DNA of 64,000 nucleotides from Raillietiella orientalis (taxonomy: Eukaryota): positions 2,232,001 to 2,296,000 of the forward strand of contig JAYWIR010000026.1 in the NCBI GenBank assembly GCA_036172245.1, given 5' to 3'. The position numbers and the translations under genes were made by a program. A model generated the notes under the pieces. That model did no database searches. It was not told the origin of the DNA and saw only the letters and a program-made list of their open reading frames with translations. Below, piece by piece: positions 26,171 to 37,226 of the stretch. The number at the start of each line of letters is the position of its first letter. Positions within the stretch are counted from its first letter, which is position 1.

Positions 26171-27455
26171 ATGTCCTATTCATCTGTTGACCTTAGTTCA
26201 TACAGGGATCAACATTTCAAGGTATTTTTGCATCGAAGATTTTGATTTATTCATTATTTTCGTGTTAAGTTGTATGTAAAGATTCTGGTTGTGTTTTTAC
26301 TTGTACATTAGGATTCATTATGAACTTGAGTTATTTAATAACGCGTCATTCAACAGCCGTATCTGACGTTTGTTAATTTGTGCATTTTTATCAAAATGTT
26401 TTGAATCAAAACAAAGCGTGGATCACGAGTGGATTCTACAATGTTTGAATTAAAATAAATTTCCATATAGTATTATTGTTTTAAATATGTATGGTAGTGT
26501 ACCTTGCTGTAAATAAGAAATGTTGATTTTGCTTTATTTTTCATATCTAGTAAATAAACAGTTGTATGAAGAATTTCAATTAGGCGACCAAATTTTACAG
26601 AGTTAATTGCATCTTTTCATCAAAAAGATCTTTTACTTTTTAAATATACATGATACCATTTATAATTATAAAATGTATAAATATATTTATAAAGGATTCC
26701 ATTCCATCTCTTACATTTATCAAGAAATTATCATTATGTTTCATTATATTAAGTTTGCTTGGTTTTCTTTAACTCATCAAAGTTTATGTTTTATTGTTTA
26801 AAGGGAAATAAATCAGATCAAGAAAGATTGTTGAGAACATCCACCACCTTATATCTTGGAAATTTGTCATTTTACACAACTGAAGAACAGATACATGAAT
26901 TGTTTTCAAAAGCTGGTGACATTAAACGAATAATCATGGGACTAGATAAATTTAAGAAGACACCATGTGGATTTTGTTTTCTAGAATATCCTTTTTTGAA
27001 AAAGATTACACTTTTACGATATTTAATTTGTAGATTCTTTGCTAATATATTGGAACATAAAGCAATCTGAACACATTTCACATTGTTGAATTGTTTTATG
27101 TTGGAAGTGTAAAAGCCTTTGATATGTAGTAATACCCTTAACAGAGTTACATATTATCAACGAAGTGATGCAGAAAATGCCATGAGGTATATCAATGGGA
27201 CAAGACTAGATGATCGTATTATTAGAACAGATTGGGATGCTGGATTCATAGAAGGAAGACAGTTTGGTAGAGGGAAAACTGGAGGACAGGTGATATTACA
27301 AACAGATTGTGTTAAAAGTAATTTAAATTATTTATTAGGTACGGGATGAGTACCGGACTGATTATGATGGAGGCAGAGGTGGATATGGAAAGATAATGCA
27401 TCAAAAACTTTTGCAAAGTGGTGCAACTTTCATTGCCAATCCAAATAAGTTGTGA
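26171..27455 (+). CDS. NCBP2: Nuclear cap-binding protein subunit 2 (CBP20); exons 26171-26221, 26804-26985, 27151-27289, 27339-27455 (162 aa)
   Basis: [85 protein letters not shown] and GGQVRDEYR.DYD.GRGGYGK. The 489 nt are in frame when intron 2 is spliced as AT-AC. Confidence 0.97.
26986..27150 (+). other. U12-type (minor spliceosome) AT-AC intron, NCBP2 intron 2 (165 nt)
   Basis: 5' splice site ATATCCTTTT, branch point ACCCTTAAC (27134-27142), terminal AC at 27149-27150. Splicing restores CFLE|YY. Confidence 0.95.
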
Positions 27456-28904
27456 TTGAAAAGTCAGATTTTGCATTCAGATAGCTTGCTGATCAAAGAA
27501 TCTTTTGGATGCAGTTCACATCTGAAGGAAGAGAAAATTATTTCATTAACTGTATCTAAATGATAGGACTGTAAATTAGACTGCTGTTTACAAAATCAGG
27601 TTTCAGTTATTAGTTTCATGTGTTCCAAATCTTTAAAGTGACTCTTTATGGGAATCTTTCTAATGACAATTGTATCCTGCACATCATGTGAAGCATTTGG
27701 CTCTTTATGTAATTGTTTTGTGACCATTCATTGAGCCAGTTTGTGGAATGCTTTTTGTAAGAATTGCCACATCATTTTGAAGAAAAAGTTATCTAATTCT
27801 GAACAGTTGTGGGAGTATTTAAAATCTGAGTATTGACATACCAAGTAAATTACTACAGAGATAAGTTTCAGTTTTTTCATTCAGGTTTCCTGTTTTATTA
27901 AGAATTTATAAGATAATTTACAGTTTCCATTTAGCATCACAGTAAGTCAAGGTGTAACTGCCTACGTTACAGAGCAGTAGCATTAAAGGTTTTAAAACCC
28001 TCTCAACTCTGTGTGCCACTTCGTAAGGTGGTGAGATTTACTTGAAAAATCACATTAAATGCTGATCATGGACTTTCAGAACATGGTGTATGTTTCTCAA
28101 ATCCCTGCTTAATATGGATAAAATTTCGAATCTTATGCACTGATTGCATAAGAAAATTTGTTTCAGTTATGAGATCAACACAGCTCCTTGTCCATGCAGT
28201 CTTCCAGACTTTACTGTTGGTTTTTCATCCAATAGTAAGGTTGTGTATTTAGAACTGCATTCCTGATTGGTATTGAAGTGCAGTCCAGTGTTCATCTTTT
28301 TCTCCTAAGTGATAACTTTGTACCATTGATCAATCTGAAACATCAGCAAAAATTTATACTCCAAGGTTGTTTTCGCGGATCTTTTTTCACGCAGCTGGGA
28401 TGAATGACAAAAGAGGAGCAAAACGTGTTCAGCATTAGGAAATGCGCGTGAATGCAGAACATCTTTGAGACGCATAAAAAGAGCAAGGAAAAAGAGCAGA
28501 AGCGTAGACAGCAATCTTTTTTCCTTTTCTATCGTCAATCGCGGTTCGTCTTTAGAGGTCTTTTTTTTTTTTTTCCTTCTTTCAAGCAGCGGTGAAACTT
28601 CATGAAGACAAAAGGAAAATATTTCTGGCTTTGCCGGGATAAATGTTGGTTGTTTCCCTCGCGAGCACCTGCAAACTGGTTATTGAACGTCCATAGATGT
28701 GTGTGAAGCATTCAGCTTCGAGTGCATGCCAGGAAAAAGGTCTAATTGAGAGGAGCGTGACCAACATCGAATCAGCGATGCGAAGTGGAATGTCAGATGA
28801 TCACATCCATTCACATCAAAGCGTTTTTCCATGGCACAGTACCAGTTTGATTGTCATTTGAGCAATCTTGGAAGAGATAAATTGTTTTCAGGTGATGCTA
28901 TTCA

Positions 28905-29620
28905 GTTTTTCATCCGGATTAGCCAGGGCATTTATTATAAAAATTGACATTCTTGGTAGACCACTTGGTTCTATCACCCACACGGGCAAATAATTTTCAT
29001 TCGCACTTGCTGCTAGGAGTCGGATGCGGGGACACGGGGAGAAAAACCAGAAAAATGAAAGAATGTTTGTTGAGGGGGTTGGGAAGGGATCACTGTGTGG
29101 CCCGCGGCGTCCCGTTCATCCCCTGGAGGATGCTGGCAGGTTGGCGTTTGTGTTTTCCCAGATGGGCGATCCTCAAAAAGTGTTCGACAATGGATGGCAT
29201 CTCTGTCGTACTGACCTCTTCTTGTAACGTTCCATGCTTCCAGGATGGCTCCTATGCAGCACCTTTTGCTCTCGGCAGTGCTTTACCCAGGAAGGAGGCG
29301 CTTGATACCGTCTATGGGATTGCTCCCAGGGGTCCGGATGGTCATTGCAAAACGTTCCCAGAGGACTGGAGGGCAACACAGTCAAGGAGCAGGTGCGGGA
29401 GGGTCTCCCTCCCCCCCGCACCTGCCGTATTCTGCACTCACACTCCCCAGGGTTCCGTGGCGGGGGCGCGCTTTGCACGGGAATCCCCCCCCCCCCCGTG
29501 CAACAGCAGCGACTCCGATCCCTGCCACTTCAGAGGGACGATGCGGTTGTCTTGCAGCACTGGGGGCTACATCAGGGTTTCTCGAGGAATCCCCAGCAGT
29601 TCTCCCCAGCTGCTATTTAG
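28905..29620 (-). mobile_element. L1/Tx1-like element 3' part (copy C)
   Basis: GRCGGRETLPHLLLDCVAL, nucleotide similarity to 16700-16900 (GGAGGGCAACACAGTC...GAGCAGGTGCGGGAGG), and a terminal AATAAA plus hairpin. Confidence 0.6.
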
Positions 29621-32507
29621 TGAGTACCATCAAAATTTTAAATATTCTTATTTACGATAGGATGAGATATTTAAGGTATATTGCTAAGTTTTCGTTCTTC
29701 TTCTTCTTAAAGACATTGGAGATTATTCAATACCAAGTGTGAGGTTTCCCTATAAGTACAGTGAATGCCTGGTTTCAAATGCTAAATCTGAATACATGCT
29801 GAGGACTTGTTCGCGGGTGAACCTCAAAGGCTCGCATGTGAAACTTCAGAGGGGGCTCAGCAAAAGACAAAAAACATTGAAACGATAAAAACTGACGATG
29901 ATACCCAGGTTTGCAAATGACTTCTTTCTAAAAGGGATAGGTAGGGAAAGGGTGGAAACTGAAGATAAAGTTGCAATGCTACTCACATTCTAACATGAAG
30001 AGAACTTCAAGTAAAATATTTATGCAAATGCAGTCAGACTATTCGAGATGTTTAAATGAGAAACTTGAAAAGATTCGGTATATACGGATAGAAAAGTACA
30101 CAACTTTTCAAGTTATACAAATGTACTAGGAAGGAAAATGAAGGAGAAGAGCCAGAACGCTCTCCCAAAAGATATTGAACTCACGAATGTTAAGCGGAAA
30201 CCGAAGACTAAAGATAGACGATGTCAGTTCTTTTCCGTGTCACACATGATTTTCTACATGTTGAGTGTTGTAATCATGTGATATCTGCTTTAGTCGGAAC
30301 GAATGATGCTTTCAAAAAGTATCGTGCCAATCAAAGAAAAATACCAATTTGCTTTTACTCAAATCCCTTGCTGACCCCGCTTGAATGATTCCCCGGTAGG
30401 GTGGTGTGAAAATTCTGAAACTTGGCCCTGCATTCCCGAAATCATTACTCGAATAAAGACTGTCGGATGAAACATGCCAAAGTCGAAATCTGCCTCAAAG
30501 TAAACTCACACTACGGGTTCGAGTAGATCCAGTAAAGAAGATACACGATGAGCTGATTTCATGTTTGGAAATCTTCAAAGTAAAATGAGTCTGTCTACTA
30601 GACGTGGTTACCCGTTGAATGATGATGAGCACCAACTTGTTTGTGCTGCTTGCAGAACAGTGTAATTTTCTTACCGACTCTTATAATAGGCTTATGAGTT
30701 TTCTACTATTAGTGGACTATTCCAGTCAGAAAAAAGCGGTTTCCTTAGGTTCCTGCATTTTCTTTAACATTTCTCAGATTAGCTAGCAAGCGATTTTGTT
30801 TTCTCCTTTTATTTGGTATTCTTAAGCATATCCCAAGAGGGAATACCCGACTTGAAAATATCACACAAACCGCTGCCTGATGGATTTAAATGAATGACCA
30901 CACGTTGCCAGTCGTTGGGGTGACCGTTTGATTAATATCACAAATCCTCTCCGCTCCTGCATGAAAGGAAGAAAGAAATGGAAGGAAAGGAGGAATGAAA
31001 GGAAGAAAATGAAGCTGAAACGAAGAATATGTTTGCTTTTCATTGTCAGTATAGTCACACACTAGACGTGCTAAAATCCATGCTCGCTACTATAGATTTC
31101 TCATGTTTTTTGCCAATCTTTTTTGGTTGTTCAAGATGTAGATTTTTGGGTGCCATCTGGAATGTCCGTTATAATCTCCTGTGCTGTTTCATGTCGGACC
31201 CAACGAATACAATAAAGAATATGATTGCCATAATCGACTGCTCCTTCGTCTCGCAGAGGAAGATGCATACTACTGAGGACGGGCACGCTCCAAGATACAA
31301 AGGGTGCATAATTTTTCTTCTTACACCACAGACGTTTGCGTAATGTGAAATATTGGTCCGCTGAATAAAGTATTTATTGCATCATGATAAAAGGTTCACT
31401 CTTCGCGTAGCATTATAAAAAGTCCCCTCGTTTACGTGATTGCATAAATGGAGAGACTATGCTTATACATGGATTTCACGGTGTCACGAACTGCCCAAGC
31501 TACTTTGAGAATTGGATAGAGAAAGTGCATCAACTGATCTTATTCCAATCATGTAAGGTGGTATATGAAAGCAGCCGGTTGATGAGGTAATGGGTGAGAT
31601 TCCTGCATAGTCCAAAGCAACGAAGGAATGGGAACTGTTCAATTTTCGTCGAAAAGCAAGCTTTTCGTTTAAATGAAGGATCGGTTTTGTTCAAGGAACA
31701 AACAAATATCCTTGGCCATGGCAATTTTTGTAGAGCAGACTTTTTCTAAGAATTCAAACTCTTGCAAGAAAGGTCGGGCCCGCCCAGTGCCACCGGGCCC
31801 GTCCTTTCATGGTGAGAAAAACCCAAAGCTTGATGAAATGCTCACCCACGTCCATCACCCTCAGATACGGATGAGCTTTTTTTGGAATTTGACATCTTCG
31901 TAATGAGCTGATAATTTTTTTTTTTTTTAGAAATAAGGCGCAACATGCAGATTTTTCAAATTAGTGCAGGTATTCTCATGAAAAAAAATCATATCCCAGC
32001 TGCATGCACCGTCACCGAGTGACCCCATTCAAAAATAGGAAGGAACTTTTGAATGGCATTGCAATAAGTATTTCATCAAGCTCACAAACTTATTTTCCCA
32101 TTAATTTCTTCTAATGCGACTTAAAACCCGATTCTGTTCACTCAGGGAATTACCACGGTTTTTGAATTTTTTCCATAGCGGTATTTTAGCGAAGAACAGC
32201 ACTTTGGATTTCTCCGTGAAAGTGTTTCACATGAAAGTATTGGATTGTGATTTGTCATTCATTTGGGACTTGATAAAAGTATGAATTACATTCATAATGT
32301 AGAGTCCGATTTGGGTGTTTTGCGAGAGGTCCCCAACAGTGTTTTGAAACTTACAAATATCACCTTTCGAGATGTGTTACGTGTGGTTGTGTTTCAGGTG
32401 GTGGTCAAAAGTGCAGGATGAGTGCTTAACATAACTGTCTTTCAATATTTCACTTTAAAGAACTAAGATTGAGTTGTGTTCATTTTATTCACCGTGTGGT
32501 TTGAAGA

Positions 32508-33716
32508 ATGGTGGATAAATTGGGTATGTTTTCTTGAGTATTTGAAAGTATCTTGAAATTTTCCTTGAACTTACTTGAAACAATTTTAGTCAACAGCAAG
32601 GCAAATGCAAAGAGAATTTCGTTTGTGGAAAGTTGTTTCGGAGCATCTGGCCAGGTTTGTGGTAAATCAGTAAATATGGAATGCGTTTGCAGCCTCTTGC
32701 AATTTCTGGCCGAGTTTTGGTTGGAGAAGGCATGCTTATAAAAATGTGTCGAAAGAGAAGGAAATCCCGTCAGTTTTTTCTGTTTAATGACATCCTTGTA
32801 TATGGAAATGTGGTCGTAAATAAGAAAAAAGTGAGTGTCAACTTCAGCATTACACTTTTTTACAGTGTATAATTTTTACCCTGATTTGCCAGTACAATAA
32901 ACAACACATTATTCCTCTCCAAGAGGTCAAGTTGGAAAATATTGAAGACACAGAACGTAAGTGCTCAGAATGCATGTTTTATTTTCAAAAGATCCAGGGT
33001 TTATGACTGTCTAGAATTGCAGAATGGATGGTTGATCCACACAACAACTAAATCCTTTGCTGTGTATGCAGTCACTCCAAAAGAGAAACTTGAATGGATG
33101 GCCCACATTAACAAATGTGTGCAAGACTTGCTTACAAAGAGTAAGAATGAGAAGTAGCGGATGTTTAATCTTTCAAAAGGTGGTAAGAAACCAGTACAAG
33201 ATTATGCTGCTGTTTGGGTGCCTGATGCACATGCACAAGTCTGCATGCGCTGTGAGCATACAGTGTTCAATGTGATTAATAGACGAGTGAGTATAGATGC
33301 AAAAAGTAAGACGTTTGGTTGTTTTATAAAGCATCACTGCCGTCAATGTGGAAAAGTTGTATGTGGTTCTTGTTCTAGTAGAAAATTCTTAATGCCACAA
33401 AGATCCTCAAAGCCACTTCGTGTTTGCCTGACTTGTTACGATATGCTAATTCAGCAAAAATCATCTAACCAAACTGCAGTCAAAGGTAATGCCATTTGAG
33501 AGCTAACATGCTGACTTTTATGTGAAAGATAATAAACTTGATTCTTCTGGAGATGATTCAGACGATGGAAAGTTTCCTGAGAGCCTAGACGATGATCAAG
33601 TGAGTGTGTAATGCATAATGCACATTAGTAAAGACCCTTTTCAGACCAGATTTTATCGTAGTGGGAGTGTAGAAATTGTTGCATCACAACTGAAGCTTCA
33701 CTTCCATAAGTTATAA
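32508..33716 (+). CDS. PLEKHF2: Pleckstrin homology and FYVE domain protein Phafin2-like; exons 32508-32523, 32590-32654, 32693-32830, 32893-32956, 33015-33140, 33180-33286, 33332-33485, 33529-33599, 33645-33716 (~270 aa)
   Basis: MVDKLVNSKANAKRISFVESCFG. PH domain GRVLVGEGMLIKMCRK..KSRQFFLFNDILVYG and KSFAVYA..EKLEWM. FYVE domain AAVWVPD..CMRC..RRHHCRQCGKVVCGSCS..LRVC..C, then an acidic tail. 813 nt in frame. The last two exons are less certain. Confidence 0.94.
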
Positions 33717-33784
33717 GTTACAAGTCTTATAAATTTTGAATGTTATCCATTTTAAATAATATATTTATTATAATAAGGGAACAG

Positions 33785-36700
33785 TTATTGTGGGGCTGAT
33801 GCACTAATAATATTTTCTGCATGCCTCTGGTATGTATTATCCCATACTTCCTCAATGGCTTTCACCCATTCTGCAGCCTGGTACTCAGGGTCTTCTAAAT
33901 AATACGTACGATTGGGCTGAAGCAAACAAGTTATTGGTTACATATGAGTGATTACTTGCAGTGTGTACATAGAAGACTTTAAAATTTTTCATTTCCACAC
34001 GCAACATGTTACTCCATGGAATTTCACCCTTTAAAACTTTGTTGCAGGGATCAACATAGTAAAGATGAGGTCCTGTTGTTAGCAGAAACATTCGTCTTCT
34101 AGCAAAAAGTCCCTACACACGTTGACAATGGAGGTAATCACTTAATACATACTTTTCGTTTGTCAATAAGTCCCTGTTTAAGGATGAGATGTCCATCAAC
34201 AAATTTATGCCAAGGACTGTTTTGGCTCTGGATTTCTAACCTATGCATATGATCACTTGGTGTTAGTGCATGTAACTGCAGTTTCCTTTTGCCTCTTTCC
34301 TCAAATGACTTTCCAGAATCTAATGATTTTGTCAAACGTAAAGGCGAATCGCGATCTGAATGATGCAATTCAGCAATAAGTAAATGTGTCATATGCTTAT
34401 CATCAAGACCAGGTTGAATGTTAGGTGGAACCTGGAAGAAATGACGCTAGCAATATAATTTCTGTTCACTGTTATACCTGGTCTTCAATTGGTTCTTGCA
34501 TAGTTTCAAAAAGCTCAGAAAATATAGGAGGAGGTTTTTGTTTATACAAATTTTCCAATTCCAAATGCTCGAAAAATGGATCACAACGTATAGACGTGTA
34601 GGGAATAGCATCAGATGCTCCTAATCTTGCTTTCGGGTCTGTAACCTAAAAGAAACACTACTTTACTGCTCTTTTTACAATTTTATTTCACCTACCAGTA
34701 GTTTCTGTATAAGACTTTTCGCTCTAGGATCAAATTGTTCCGTAAATTCATAATTTAAATTCAAGATTTTTTGAAAAATCCCATACTCATGCCTAAGGAC
34801 TTATTAAACTGAACTTTATGTAATATAGGTACACACATTTCATGGAAGGGTGGTAAGCCTGACACCATTTGATAAGCAATACAACCAAGTGCCCAAAGAT
34901 CACATGAGGGTGTGCAGACTTCACCTCGAAGTACTTCAGGAGAAACATATTGTGCAGTACCAACAAAACTCTTTCGCCTTGAAGAGGTTGTTCCTATTTG
35001 ATCACCATCACTATTGCTCTATGATTGAAATGATTCACTCTAACCTGTGCTGGTTGATGCTTCATTGATAAATTTTGCAGAACCAAAATCCGTTATTAAA
35101 ATGTGCATTTGGTGAGATAATAAGATATTTTCCGGTTTCAAATCTCTGCAATGGAACGTATTTAATTTCAAAATAGAAAAAACATTTACCTGTGAATGAT
35201 TTTTAAACTGTGCAAATGCTCTAAGGCATGTACTAATTCACCTGCATAAAACTGAACACATTCTAAAGGAAAATTCCCTGCCTGATTGATGTGAGTCAAG
35301 AGTTCTCCTCTGGAAGCATATTCCAACACAAAATATGAGCATGTTAAGAAAGCAATGTAGACTTTTAATTTTTTTTAACATCCCAAAGGATACATAAGCG
35401 ATTGACATCTTGAAATGTAAAATATAACTTGACAAAAAAAGGGCATGATTCCCTCTGATGTTGATTTAAAATATTTAAAACTTCTTTTTCACATTTCACA
35501 TATTCTGTCTTTTTCTCACGCAGGATATGTACTTTCTCACAAACTTTAACTGCAAAGCATTCATGATAATCAAATTTGTACAAAAAAATTCATTAAATCT
35601 TACTTGCAAATTCCTTTTGAGAATGTATATCCTTGCAAAGGTACACCTAAAGTAATTATCATTATAACCAAGACACATTTGGGCATATCGTTTAATACTT
35701 AAAGGTAATAAAAACATAAATGAAAAGTTGTATGTATATCAGGACAACAGTTGACATGCTTTACAAACTTTCTGTTTAGAAATTGATTTCTTAACATAAG
35801 GAACTCGTTACAAGAACAACTTAAAAAAAACCTCAGAAAACATTTACAGAAAAACTGAAGATTTTACTGTGCTAGGCACTATTGTTTCGGATGAAATGAG
35901 TTCGTACAAAAGCGATAAACACACTTGTGGGCAAATCATTACTTTTCTTCCTGTTTCATACAGATGGAAATTCTGATGTTTTCATCTCCACACATGGAAT
36001 AACTATACAACATCATTCTCAAGCCTTTGCAGGATGCAGACTCTTTATATGATAATTAACTGTTATATGTAAAAAAATCTTAATTCACGAGAAATTGCTG
36101 TTCAAAATGCCAATGCAAACAGCATTCGAAAAATTCTCCACTTAAGAGCGAAACCTGTCAAAAGGTTCCACCTTTTGTTCTTGTCATAATGCATAATGAT
36201 AATAATCAAACATCTGCAAAAGAGTTTTCCACGTTACCATTTCTATGACGTATCATATGAATGGAAACTGTTTTACACAAGAGCTAAAATGTCTGAGATG
36301 GACTTGTGGTTTCTAATCCGAGATTCTCCACAGTTCGATATGCAATACCGGGCTGCTCGCCTGTTTGGGCATTCTTTTAAAATTTCCTGTAAAAGTTTTA
36401 AATGCTTCTACGCTAACAGAATTTGAAGTGCTAGCAAATCACCAATTTTACTTTCCTAACATTTTTTTCCAAACACCTTGGACGTTCACCGTTTCTGTAA
36501 TTTTTGGGCATTTACATGATGCCGTTCGATATCGTCCTATGTCGAAAATTCCCCATTTTCTAATTACCTAAACGCTCTTTTCTATGCAAAAATTCGCAAA
36601 GTCATTAGTTTCTTTTCCTTCTTTTCCATATGCATTATTGACTTCGATCAGACAGGACACTATTTCACAAATTTCTTTCTATTGAAGAAGGACTCTCTAC

Positions 36701-37226
36701 ATTTGTGCCCAATGCAGCACAAGAAACATCCATGATCCAAAGACATTATGTAAAACCCATTACTAATGTGATATTCTTTTTTTTAAACGCCACAATTATT
36801 TGTGCAATTTCGCAAATTATCCACTGACTTAAAATTAAAAATAAATTGTGCATTACTGTTGAAAAGCTTCCTTCACCAATGACTCGACCCCAAATGAAGT
36901 CTTTGTCTGTTCGTTTCACATGGTTGGATTTAGTTTCCGTTTGTTTCACAGGTAGTTCATTTTTCTTAGGACTACTAGGGAATTGATATTCATTAACTAT
37001 GGAAAGAAAAATTGGCACGTTACTTACAGCAATTCTGTGGCACAAGTATTTTCTTTCTCATTGCTTTGCAATGTATTTCGTGCATTTGTTTTCTGTTGAT
37101 AAAATTCTGATTCCCTCTGAATTTGTACATTATTACTGAGATCTTGAAATTTTTTAACTAAATCATCTTCTAATTTACTATTTGTTTCTTTCATCATCTG
37201 TATGGATTTCTTATTTGATGCCTCAT
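33785..37226 (-). CDS. PDPK1: 3-phosphoinositide-dependent protein kinase 1; exons 37226-37028, 36974-36857, 35646-35604, 35549-35394, 35334-35190, 35145-35045, 34993-34837, 34792-34696, 34645-34478, 34431-34153, 34112-33960, 33916-33785; start codon uncertain (in-frame Met at 37197 or further upstream exons)
   Basis: [43 protein letters not shown] and [13 protein letters not shown]-terminal PH domain [49 protein letters not shown]. Exon phases are all consistent. Confidence 0.93.
33917..33959 (-). other. GC-AG intron (43 nt), last intron of PDPK1
   Basis: Donor GCAAGT, acceptor TTCAG. This junction gives the conserved VHT|PNRTYYL; the GT 4 nt downstream is out of frame. Confidence 0.85.
35335..35393 (-). 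other. U12-type intron with non-canonical GT-AT termini in PDPK1 (59 nt)
   Basis: 5' splice site GTATCCTTT, branch point TTTCTTAAC, then ATGCTCAT|. The junction restores [15 protein letters not shown]. Confidence 0.8.

Noticed and set aside
30500..31900. Faint hAT-transposase-like fragments (FMSDPTN, FLHSPKQR)
   Set aside because: Too short and degenerate, and no TIRs found; it would need an HMM or tblastn hit.
35626..35634. ATATCCTT U12-like donor on the plus strand (similar motifs near 31706 and 53475)
   Set aside because: Antisense to a PDPK1 exon or outside any gene model, with no paired branch point or exon.
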